From: Chlorokybus atmophyticus
Taxonomy: Eukaryota > Plantae > Mesostigma and Chlorokybus algae
Assembly (NCBI GenBank): GCA_009103225.1
Contig: RHPI01000249.1
Location: 92,730 to 156,729 of the forward strand
Direction: 5' to 3'
Length of the DNA: 64,000 nucleotides
Shown here: positions 11,460 to 23,160 of the stretch, piece after piece
How positions within the stretch are numbered: the stretch's first letter is position 1
Layout of the letters: each line of letters begins with the position of its first letter
Program-made: the position numbers and the translations under genes
The notes under the pieces: generated by a model
Databases searched by the model: none
What the model saw: the letters and a program-made list of their open reading frames with translations, nothing else
What the model was told of the DNA's origin: nothing

Positions 11460-14340
11460 TGATGCGGCTCTATGTATCATGCATGTATTATTGACCATTA
11501 TATTATGGCGGACCTTATATGCAATGCGCATGTTTTAAACAACTATGTTATTATTGCACTTTAATAACCACTAGTAATTGTGAATTCGGCTTTGCTTCAA
11601 TACGCGTTCAATATGCAGTTACATCAGAAACACAAACTCCGTACATACCCGTATGCTCGTGGTGGTTCATTATATATGATATGCCATATGATGTATATCA
11701 TACTGTAATGCGTATATGATACATACCAATCAATTTTTCTTCAAGAACATCACAACATTTTTGCTTGGTTTTTGCTGATTGGCGTGGCGAATGGTATTTA
11801 TGAAGCAAACATTAATCAGGTACGTGCTGTATGTATATTGCGTATCATTAAATATGAGTAATTGCGCGCCTGGCAATTGACAACATTACATCATATTACG
11901 TTTACAAGATGCAAACACGCATCGAATGAACAATCGTGCCATTATTTATAATGTTTAGCGCACAAATTTTAGACAACTACTTAGCATGGCTGGAAGCGAT
12001 GAGCTTACCTGCTACTTACTACGGCACAAACACTTGGGACAGGTGCCATGTTTTTTGCAAATGGATTCTGCCAGTTGTTAATGTTCATCAAGCTGCAAAT
12101 GCGTTTGATGGTGCGCTCAAATGGTGTTAACATTTAATGTCGCAAGCACTCCCGAAAGGGGATTGAGCCAATCAGCAGTTGAACACATTACATGCTCATC
12201 ATTGGAGTATGTTTATTGTTGCGGAGCTGCATGACCTTTACGGCCACTAAGCCCCCTGCCAGTGTTGGCGGGTCGTACCGCATTGCCAAGTAAAGAGAAT
12301 GAGGATCTTTTTGATTTCATCGTTCGGTTGATTCTACTGCTGAAGTGGCGCTGGTCGGGCCGGGCGATAATCATGATTGAGACCTTTGAAAAACAGGAAA
12401 ACGAAAACTGTTCAGATTCCACGATACACATATGAATTGTTTTCATCAATGGAACGTCGATGCTTCGCTTCGCTACCGCGTCGAGCAAATTGGACCGACC
12501 GTACAATGGTGGTATGCCGCCATTCTGACCCTGCTGAGCCTGCATCATCAGCTTTACCTTCGCATCCGTGCACGCATAGGGAAAGTTGGCGGTGGAGAAA
12601 TGGCGCACAACGCAGTACCCTACAGCTAAAACTTGTAGCCAAATGCAAGCGATCAGTTATGCAACCTTCAACCTTTACAATGAATTTGCAGCTGCTTAGC
12701 GTGATGTGCAATGCACATATAACTTAATGCTCCGGGTTGAAAATTTTTTGAGTTAACGGCCTGCAGCTAATGGACACCGCTAAGCTATTATGCAAGGTGA
12801 GTGGGTCTAAAGAGTATTTGCAAGTACTTGCACATGTGCGAATGGCTGCTAGCCTAGCAGCGTGGCATGCTATTAGCAGCCAACCTTGGGTTAAATCTTT
12901 TAATCACTACTTCGCATCGATGCCAACAAATGAAACCATGAAGATTTGGCAAGTTACACACATCGTTATGCAAGTTTAAATGAAGCAAGATAATCGTCAT
13001 CTAATGTCGTATATCCATGAAAGAGAACATGAAACAATGGCTTTTATAACAGTCAAAAACTAGTAGCACTTGTATGCTCTGTGACTTTATAATTGCATCT
13101 CATTGCATGATGGCTCTATGGCTGTTATGACCTTAACACAAGCAATTGTGAGTGGTTTGCACTAGGTACTCACCGGATCAATGGTGTGAAGGTTGTTTCA
13201 ATGATTTGCCGGTTTTGTTAGAAGGTGTAAGTGACTTATGTCGTTTGAAGCATGCAAATGAACTTGATACATTTTACATAATCATAACAACTCACACAGA
13301 TGTAAGTCTCGCTTTATAACTTACAGCGTAAAAATTGTTGAATGGTATGCAGTGAACCTGGTTTATGGCGAGTACTACTAGTAGTGTTGAACTCCGCTGG
13401 TATTCACACAAATTGCGTCATGTTAAACAACTTAAATTTTTAACATCATGTCACATCTACAGATTTGTGCAATTGTCAAAGACTCTGTTGGCTCAAATTG
13501 TAAAAATTCGGGCAGCTGGCAGCCTGCGAACAGCCACATGAGCAAACTTGCATATGCCGTGTCAGCGCAATGCTTTTAATAAGAGCGCAATTGTAATGGA
13601 GAGTGAGTTTGGCGATTAGGGGACTGCCTTTTTAAGACTCATGAGTTGTTGATTGCATTATGGGGCACACTCAAAGTGATTAATTGGCATTTGCGGGAGG
13701 TGCGCCACGCAGCGTCTTCATTGCAATAAGACAATGCTGCGTGGCGCACCTCCCGCTCTGCAAAGGTGGATCTCTCACTCCAATTGCATGCTTGCGGCAT
13801 CCATCCAATGTCGACCACCCCCGCAGTTTGTGATCCGCCTTAAATGGAAAAACGCCACGCAGTGTCGTCGTATTGCAACATAACAACGCTTTTTGGTCAC
13901 CTCTATTGCATGCTTGCGCCACCGATTAAGCCCTCGCGCTGCTGTCGATGAATCGTAATGTACAAGTCATCTACGTGATTAATATATCACAAAACATTAT
14001 ATATAATGATCAACTATCACATCATTGCGTTTATAAAGTACTTAACTTTGCTATTGATGAATATCGTCAGCTTGTGCGTTTATCCTCGAAGTCATAACAG
14101 AGGCTTCTTTACCAATTTCTCCATATGTTCAATCGGAGTTGAAAGCATGATGTGTTGCGTGGATTGCTTCAACTTCTTCCAAGCTCATGGCATGAACTCC
14201 ATGCCTAAGCTTGTAAGAAGTTTGAAGGGCTTTGTGCAAATGTGTACACCGACGGTTGAAGCACTGACTGTCTACGGCCGCAACCCGTTCCTAGCGCAAC
14301 CAATGCCTGGATGCGTTTAACAATGTCTATGACGGTCACA
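11460..14340. other. AT-richer, ORF-poor island, probably decayed transposon-derived DNA
   Basis: Loss of the CA-rich intron/GC-rich exon pattern, only short broken ORFs, and a long perfect hairpin inside. No family could be assigned. Confidence 0.4.
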
Positions 14341-14521
14341 TTGACACCGTCAATGACTCAGTGACCGCGCATGCTGCTTGTACCGAGGGCAGGGCGTCCT
14401 ACGTGTAAGGTTGCGTGTGCTGACTGGGCTGGAGGTGGCGCTGGTTGTTGTTGCTTTTGTTGTTGTGCACGAGGACCACGCCGACCGCCGCCTTCTGCAA
14501 GCTGCTGTGGTGGGTGTAGCA

Positions 14522-16875
14522 ATGGAGGACGAGCAGGCGTTGGTGGAGGAGGCTGCCGCCATGGCTCGCCAGGCTGCAAAGCTGGCTACCAGGGCGGCGC
14601 AGCTCGCTGAGGAAGAAGAGGCGGCAGCGGAGGAGGAGGAGGGCCAGGACGACGAGCAGGCGGAAGACATGCCTCCTGGTATGTACTGCCTTTGCCCACT
14701 TCCATGCGACCAATCGCATGCGTCAAATGCTGAAGCTTTACGCTTGCGTCCTGCTCTGTGTGGCATGCTGCAGGAGGAGGCGCAGGAGGAGGTGGAGGAG
14801 CACGAGCTGTCAAAGACATAGCTATGCACGGCGGAGCTGTCGGCAACGGGCACAGCAAGCAGAAGCACTTGCCAGAAGAAGGAGGAGATCAGGATGGTCT
14901 TCATAGCCGGCAGCACAAGCGCCACAGGGCAGGCCTCTCCTCCAGCATTGTCGACACAGTTCGAGCGCAGTTCCCAGCATTCTCTAGACATCCTCAGCAC
15001 GTCTTCGCTGAAAACGCTGGAGGCTCTCAAGTAAAGATTAAACGTTGTGTCTGTCATTCGTGCTGCTGCATTGCTTGGTGCCCGCGTTGTATGACTGCCA
15101 ATTGCATGCATGCATCGGGCAGTGACTGGCCATCAATGTGACTGACTTGCTCAAAACTGTATGTTTCTCAGGTGCCGCGCTGTGTGAGTGAGGCTGTGAG
15201 CGAGTACTTTGAGAGCAAGTATGTGCAGGTGCTGCTTTGCACATATCTGCTACTGCTATCATATGCATTCCCAGGCTATGTGCGTGTGCATGCATGTGTG
15301 CGCTAGTGTGTGCTTTTATAACTGGTGCTTAATCAAGCTGCTCCATCACACAAACAGCATGCATGTTTGTGTGATGGAGTGCTTCAGCACGCATGCACTC
15401 ATTCTCATTCTCATGTGTTGTATTACCCTTACCTGAGTGCGGGTTGTCAGCTCGGCGCAGGGTACGCTCAAGCCAATGAGGCGGACGCGGTGATTCGGCT
15501 CGCGCACCACATGTGTGAGCTGTTTGTGAATGGTGTTGACACGGGGAAGTGCGCTCTTGGGGCATCCACAAGCGCAATGCTGTACTTTGTAGCGCAGGCG
15601 TACTCTACTGTATGGCAACCAGGAGACAAGGTACAAATGTTACACACACTACATACTCTTCAACACCAATCACATGCTCATGCGTGCGTGTTGTAAGGTT
15701 ATCATCGCAGAGTCTGCGCACGAGGCGAATGTGACGCCGTGGCTACACCTTGAGCGGCAAGGCGTGATTGATGTTGTGTGGTGGCGGCTGGACCCCTCTC
15801 ACTACACTTGCAAAATAGAGGACCTGGAGTCCCTCTTAGCCGTCTCCAAGGGCAAAGTCAAGCTCGTGTGCTTCCCGCACGTGTCCAACATACTTGGCGG
15901 CATCTGTGATGCTGAGAAGATTACAGACTTGTGCCACAGGTTGGTTGCTACAACAGTAGCTGCACATGCAATGTGGGTCACCGACCAACATGGAGTTGTT
16001 TGCAGGCACGGTGCGAAAGTGTGCGTGGATGGTGTGGCATATGCATCGCATCGAGCACCCGATGTAGCGGCTTCAAAAATTGATTGGTGAGTTGTTGTAG
16101 CTGCTTGCACACATGTGCGCGCGTGCTCGTCAAGTGCCTTAGTCCTCTGCTTGCATGCAGTGTCAATGCCATTGTAAATATCATCATCTTGTCATTAGGT
16201 ACGCCTATTCTTGTTACAAGGTCTATGGCCCGCACATGGCAGCGCTATACGGGAGTCACGAAGCTTGGGAGGAGTTGTCACAACACTCCAAGTCATTTCC
16301 AAACCATGGCTTTGTGAGCAACACTGACCCTGTGTACAAGATTGAACTTGGAGGGCCCAGCCATGAGGGTTGCGCCGCCATTGTTGCCCTCGGGACATAC
16401 TTGAACATCCTCAGGTTTGACCCAACACACGCACATTGCATTGACTTGTGGTAGTTGTATTGCTTAAAACATGATCCTGTGCAGAGGGTATATGGAGCCA
16501 CAGTCTTCTATTGATCGTGCGGGCATCGTAGAAGCGTTTGCACAAGTTACTGCCTTGGAGCTGCCTTTGCAGCAGCGTTTTATGGAGTACTTGACCAACA
16601 AGCCTGGAGTGCATGTGATCGGTCCAAGCGACAGTGACTCCGCCACGCGCGTGCCAACATTCTCTTTCGTGCACAACAAGTTGGCACCCGAGGAGATTGT
16701 CGCACACCTCCACAAGCGCAACATTGGTTGCCGTAGTGGCCACATGTATGCGATACGGGTTTGCGATGCGTTGGGGTTGACTCATAGTGGCGGTGTTGTC
16801 CGCTGCAGCTTCCTTCACTACAACACAATGAAGGACATTGATCGGGTCATTGAAGCACTTGATGACATTTTGTGA
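14522..16875 (+). CDS. Aminotransferase class V (fold-type I PLP) enzyme, cysteine-desulfurase-like but lacking the catalytic Cys, with acidic N-terminal extension
   Basis: Spliced product includes VRAQFPAF..VFAENAGGSQ, SAHEANVTPW, FPHVSNILG, VCVDGVAYASH, PLP-lysine motif YSCYKVYGPH, RSGHMYA and GVVRCSFLHYNT. The true start may lie upstream of 14522. Confidence 0.85.
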
Positions 16876-17899
16876 TTGAGCCATGCACTTGGGCTTTGCG
16901 TCCTTCTACGTGTACATTACCTACTTGTGAAGCTAGCTAGCTTCAAAATGTGAGCTCTTGCTTTAGCAGCACCTATAGCTACTGTTGCTGGATGTCTGGG
17001 CATGTTGTGATAAAAAACTCAGTTGGAATAGCTAGCTAGCTTTCAATCCAACCAGACTGCGCCTCTAATCGATCCCGATTAGCCTCTAATTTATTGTAAT
17101 CAGCCTTTAATGAATTTCGATTAGGGGGTAATCCATCCGGATTACCTTAATAGATTTCGATTACCTGCAGGACTCGATTGCACTGCGCTGGCATGGGGTG
17201 GGCTGACATCACGGTAACTGCACAATTGGGGGGGATATGCGGAGGTGCTGCAGGCTACCTCCGGCCTCGCCACCCATGCCGCCGCGGTGGCGATGGCCTG
17301 CGCCATTGTGCAATAACCCCAGAGGGCAATTGGATGGCTAGTGCACGTCTCCCAGCAGGTTTGGGTAGCACACAATTTGTTTGCGCAGTACCAGCAAAAG
17401 GGATGGGTGCCCTCCAGCTTGTGGACTTGTATGCATGCACAGTATGTATGCATCAATTGTCAACCAGCAGTATGTGAAATGCGCAAGTACGGGGAAGTTG
17501 TCCGGTTCTGTCATGTTATAGCAAGTGCTGGATCACAAGTAACCCTCATATAGGTCCTTGCAGCGCATTGCAGAAGGGTTAACCACATTGGTAAACAGGT
17601 GCAACTGATTCTGGATGGGGATAAGGATAACACTGCTGGCACTCACTCTCAACTGCTGCGACTGCGTTAATAAACTCACTGTGGGTTCAAGCTGGTTGCA
17701 AGTTTAATGGCCCGCACTTCTGCCAAGCCGACTCTACTTGTAAGCGTCTGTCTGATGGCCAGTGGGCGTGCACAGACAACTGGCGCCGATACTCTCAAAC
17801 CCATATTCGCATAACAACAATATCGTAGTCCTGTCAATGGCTTTGCCTAAGTAACAACTATAATATAAATTATAATATAGTTCAATACATCTACAGCTA

Positions 17900-19816
17900 T
17901 CAGCAATGTGCCTCCATCACAATCTGCATGTTGCGCGGCACTCTAGCGCCACCTGCACGTAACCGCCGGATGGTTTGTGACATGTTGGCAGGGTCTCCAG
18001 TGGAGGCAACGCGCACAATGTGCGGCAGAATATGCTGTGTGTAGTACAAGTTGTGATTGATGCTAGATGACGAGGCGTCAAGGCCATAAGCGTACGCCTG
18101 CTGAGCGCCCCCGCGAAAATGATGAGGCAAGTTATTACTCAATCCAAGAAGAGATACTGCACGCCGAGCGACGGGCAACGCAGCATCTATGATTTGTGTG
18201 TTGGGAGCCACCCTCGCAATTGCATCCTGTGCCACCAGCCGAATGAGTTGATGATCATCAACAGCCTCCGTACCATGTGACTCACCTGTACAAATCGATA
18301 GTGTGTGCAACCAAGAGCTATCACGTCCGCACCGTCTGCCAGCGGCTCCGCCAGCGACTCACGCAAAAGTGCCTCAAGCCTCGGCCCAGACAACTGTACC
18401 AGCAAGCACCTGGTTAACAATGTAGACTGCGCACACAGACACATGTGCCCACATGCACGAGCACCCGGCCCCATACGTATAAAGGTACGCACGTGCGCGG
18501 GCACACCACACGCACATGTTTGCACAGCACATTGCACACAAGGGCACGTGTGCACACGTGTGCAGGTGCGCATGCACTGCACATGCACACGTGTACACGT
18601 ACAATGGAAAGCAAATGCATGTGCATGTGCACACAACAAATCGTATCAATGTTGCGCACCTCGCCAGCTTCAACAAGGTCGGCAAGACCGGACATGGGCA
18701 AGACCCATACGCGGGTGCTTGGGCCGCTAACGGCGTCAGCGAGAGCGGCAAGGCGTGCGCCATCAACGGTGCGTTGCGTGGCCATTACAATGACCGACTG
18801 CGCTTGCGAGAGTGCGATGGCTGGCTTCAACGGTGGCTCCATCCCAACCACCGGCACGCCCACGGACCCGCGCAGCTCCTCGAGCGCCATTGATGATGCC
18901 GTGTTGCACGCCACAACCAACAGATCACAACCCTCCGCCTCTGTCAGTGCATGCAGTGAGATGTGTGTGTGGTGTGTGAGTGCAGACAAATGCGCGTGAG
19001 CGCAAGGGTGCACGCGCACAGGTGTCCGCACAATCAATGAGAACGTCCCAAGTGCAACGCAACACATTTGCGGAACTATGCATGTGAGCGATAAGCAATG
19101 TTCATCGCAACGATGATAATGTAGTGGCTAATGTACGCACCGAGCGTGCGGCCGATGTGCAGGACACGCGCAGCAATCACTTCGGGGCTCTTGTCTCCAT
19201 ACGGGAAGAAGGCGGTGTCGGCCACATAGCGCACACGCAGCGCTGGCTGTTTGCAGTGAAGAGACACAGAGACCACATGTTGTGACTTGCGAGACGACAC
19301 AAAACAGTGCATGGCAGCGAGCAGCAACATGCTAAAACGCACGCAACAAAAGTTGCATTGGGCTAGGTGTTATACTGCTTGATGACATAAATTGCACAAT
19401 GGTGTCCTTTTATCAGCTTGTCAACCCAAAAGAGACAACTAAAAGGACACCATTGTGCGATATTTGACTTCCAGATTGCACCTTCTCACCTGCAAGTCTT
19501 GCAATGCAGCCACAACAGATAGCCCGCCGACGCCGGAGTCAAACACACCAACGGTGGCGTTCCTGTGCAGACGGCGCTCGGCGCCCTCATCCGATCTCCC
19601 TGACGTGGAGGTCAACGTGGACGACGCGGCTGAGTAGCAGGATGCTGCGGCGGCATCATGCTGCTGCTGACACCACCAGCTCTCCAGACTCCTCCTCCTC
19701 CTCCTGCCCCTGCCCCTCTTCCGACTACTACTAGAGTGTCCAGCCGCATCAACACGTACCCCATCGACCCTAGAGCCACAACCCCATCCCACCCCCACCC
19801 CTGCCATCGCCGCCAT
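17900..19816 (-). CDS. murI: Glutamate racemase (MurI) with N-terminal transit-peptide-like extension, multi-exon
   Basis: Motifs VGVFDSGVGGLSV, YVADTAFFPYGDKS, VACNTAS (catalytic Cys 1), VGMEPPLKPA, VMATQRTV and LGCTHY (catalytic Cys 2). GT-AG introns separate the motifs. Confidence 0.92.
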
Positions 19817-20121
19817 TGCCGCCGTTTACCGCTTGCACTGACATACCTCGTCTTAACACTTGCATTCAGTGCCTTAACGATTGATGAAGGCACAATGATT
19901 ACGGGTCTAGGGTTGTACTAGGCTAGTGACGTAGGTTGACGTCACATAACGTACGCTACTCATGTCACAGCCATTCGGTGTCTTAGCGGCTGCGTCAAAG
20001 CACTGAATCAACGTGCAGCACTGTGTTCAGCGTCTTAACGCAGTGACCCCAACTCTCGCCGCCGCCGCCGCCGCCGCCGCTGTGTGTGGGTCGTCCTGGT
20101 CCTTACTGCCGGGAGCAAGCG
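19817..20121. promoter_or_regulatory. Short divergent (bidirectional) promoter between murI and the BCAT gene, with paired TGACGT motifs
   Basis: Head-to-head start codons about 305 bp apart. TGACGTA at 19927-19933 and palindromic TGACGTCA at 19937-19944. Confidence 0.6.
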
Positions 20122-22447
20122 ATGTCGAGCGCTGCGACGACGTCCCAGGCGACGTCCTGTCGGCATGCTGCGTGGGGAGGAGCAGGCGAAGCTGCTGGTC
20201 GCCGTCCCAGCCTGCGGAGCAGCAGCAAGCACAGTGCGGATGGCCTGGTGCTGCTGCAGCAGCAGCCTCTGAGAGCGCTCCGCCAGGTCTGAGCTGGTTT
20301 ATGTCGCCATTGTTAGCTGCAAGTGCATATCAACATGAGACACATGCTGCGTGATGGAGCATTGCTTGACGTTGAGTTGTGTGTATGTGTGCGTGGGTCG
20401 ACAGCGATCGTCTCGCAGCGGTGCGAGGGCTGAGGCAGCTGCTATCAATGTCGCCGCAGTGGAGAGCAAGCCAGCTGCTGGGTAGGCTGTCGCTGGACTG
20501 TCGAACGATGATATTGGCATCTTGGGGACAGGGCATGCACGTTGCATTGCTGATTCGTTTCTTTCCCCAACAGCAAGAAGAAGGCGTCCGACGTTGATTG
20601 GGACAACATTGGTTTCGGCCTGGTGCCGCCAGATTACATGTTCGTTGGTCAATGCGAGTTGGGCGGGGACTGGTCTGGGCAGCTGCAACCGTATGGCAAT
20701 ATTTCAATCAGCCCTTCCGCAGGCGTCTTGAATTATGGACAGGTAATTCCTAGACAGTTCTCCCAGTTCTGCCTCATCAGAATGTGTTCATGCCGGGCAT
20801 TACACCAGGGCGTGGTTTGGTGAGGAAGTGATTTGTAAGCAGACCTGGTTCTGCTATATAGCGATAAACACTGACAGTCCATCTGGCGTTGTCTCCCTCT
20901 TGACATGCTTAGCCCAGTAGTAGTTGCTCCATCATGACCCTGCGTAATTTACACAGGGCGTGTTTGAAGGCCTCAAGTCGTATCGCACTGCTGACGGGCG
21001 TGTGGTCACATTCCGGCCAACACAGAATGCCCGCCGCATGCAATATGGCGCTAAGCGCATGAGCATGCCTCCTCCTCCTGAGGACTTTTTCGTCGATGCT
21101 GTCCTTCGCACCATCTCCGCCAACAGAGATTGGGTATGTGATTGCTCTTTGCACCTATTCCATGCTTTGCATGCAGACGGCGCGCTTAACATCATGTTTG
21201 CAGATCCCACCGTATGGGAAGGGATCCCTGTATGTGAGGCCACTGCTGATTGGGTCAGGTGCTGTCCTTGGTCTCGCGCCAGCTCCCAGCTACACGTTGC
21301 TTGTGTTTGCATCTCCCGTTGGTCCGTACTTCAAGGTGGGGATGTTGTATTCTTGCATGCGGTGGATTGCATGTAGTGTGTGAGAGGACTGTTTAACTGT
21401 TTAACTGCAATAAATGTGTGTTGCAACCTTCAACAATTGGTCTTCTATTGCAGGGTGGGCAACAAACTCCAATCAGCCTACAGGTCTGCAACGACTACCA
21501 CCGTGCTGCCGCGAATGGCCAAGGTGATGTCAAGACAATGGGGAACTATGCCCAGGTACAGTCGCTTGTCTTGCAAGCGGTTGAATATGCATGTTGACTT
21601 GTTTCCTCAAGCTTGAAGGTGTCATTGTTGGTCTGATGTTTGACGGATTTGAGCACACATCAAAGCTGCATTTCCTGCCGTGACCAGCATGTGCTCGGCA
21701 ACTCATGTGCACCCATGTACAGGTGTTGGCCATCCAGCAAAAGGCCAAGGCAGCTGGATTTGCAGATGTGCTTTACTTGGATGACAAGGAAAACAAGTAT
21801 CTGGAGGAGGTGTCATCTTGCAACATTTTTGTTGTGAAGGTGAGGCTGGCTCCCTCAGCCCTAATCCCTTCATGTCCATTTTCTGAAGCAACATCTTGAT
21901 GCCTTGCGGACGCAGGGCAAGAGGCTAGCGACTCCATGTCTAGGTACCATCCTAGATGGTATTACAAGGAGGAGTATCCTCCAACTTGCAAGCGATCTTG
22001 GTTACGAGGTGTGTTGATGACTAGCAGTGATGTCTGGTTCTCAATCCCATGTGTTGTGCTGAAGTCTGTGCCCCTGCAGGCTGTGGAGGAGAAAGTGACT
22101 GTTGACGACCTCTTTGATGCTGAGGAGGTGTTCTGCACGGGCACTGCTGTGGTTGTGTCGCCGGTTGGCAGCGTTACGTATGGCGAACGCAGGTTGGTGT
22201 GCATCCTGACCATTGTGCACGCATTGTCTGCATCACTCCACGTGGTGCTGGTTGGTTGAGCAATCGCCAGCAGTTTTGTGATGACAATGAGATGTGTTTG
22301 TTCAATAGGGCGGTTTATCACAACGGTGAGGTGGGGCCAGTGGCGGCGCAACTCTACAAGGCGCTAACAGATCTGCAGTTTGGCCGCACCAAGGACACCT
22401 ACAATTGGCTGATGGAAGTCCCTGAAGGCTACCATAACAGGCAGTAG
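20122..22447 (+). CDS. BCAT: Branched-chain amino acid aminotransferase (class IV PLP, plant/IlvE type) with N-terminal extension
   Basis: Motifs [16 protein letters not shown]|[52 protein letters not shown] and [15 protein letters not shown]. Stop at 22445-22447. Confidence 0.93.
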
Positions 22448-22896
22448 CGACCACTTGTGGTATGTATAGAACTTAGCTTATATGACAATTCAACGGCCGC
22501 TTGCAAGTGCTTAGAGGTTGTTTGGCCGGTTTCAAACAAGGTCCTTGATGGTCACACGCTGCGTGCTGTACAGGTGATGACTTCAGCTAACACTGACATG
22601 TCGCTGACTTGAATGCATGCGTGCTGTGCATAACATCACAACAAAGTATGAGTGACGGGCAAAGCAAGTAGTCGCAGTGGTGCAGGTAGCGATAGCCTGG
22701 TGGTGGACTGTGTAAGGTGCGTTTTTGCAGGTGCATATACGTGCCGTGGTTCACACCCCATGCATGAGACAAATGCAGCATGCTATTGCTTGCACACCAG
22801 CCATTTGAATTGTATCATACATCAGCACTCAATAATTTACTGGAGGCTTGTTTGAGTGGTGATCGGCAGTAAGCTCAAAGCCATGCTGGCGTTTTG

Positions 22897-23160
22897 CAGT
22901 GGCGGCCTGCGCAGCTTGCATTGTACAGCAGACTTGCACCAATGACAGCATTGCGTTACATGTATGCATACCGGCATGCATAACCACATGATAAACTTGA
23001 TCAGAAGGTGCTGGCAACACAGCACTTTCAGTGGCGGCCTGCGCAGCTTGCATTGTACAGCAGACTTGCACCAATGACAGCATTGCGTTACATGTATGCA
23101 TACCGGCATGCATAACCACATGATGAACTTGATCAGAAGGTGCTGGCAACACAGCACTTT
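22897..23160. repeat. 132-bp direct tandem duplication (2 copies, one mismatch)
   Basis: Unit CAGTGGCGGCC...CAGCACTTT begins at 22897 and 23029. The copies differ at ATAAAC versus ATGAAC. Confidence 0.95.

Noticed and set aside
16720-16760. Calling the class-V enzyme a cysteine desulfurase (SufS/NifS)
   Set aside because: The catalytic-loop cysteine is absent (RSGHMYA).
14522-19816. Bacterial contamination or a bacterial operon as the source of murI and the class-V enzyme
   Set aside because: Both have multiple GT-AG introns of the host CA-rich type and N-terminal extensions.
20122-22447. Class-IV aminotransferase as a D-amino-acid transaminase partnering MurI
   Set aside because: Motifs ([25 protein letters not shown]) are those of L-specific plant/IlvE BCATs.
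22897-23160. CRISPR-like array (also considered for 38170-38580)
   Set aside because: These are contiguous long tandem units with no unique spacers, there are no cas genes, and the context is eukaryotic.
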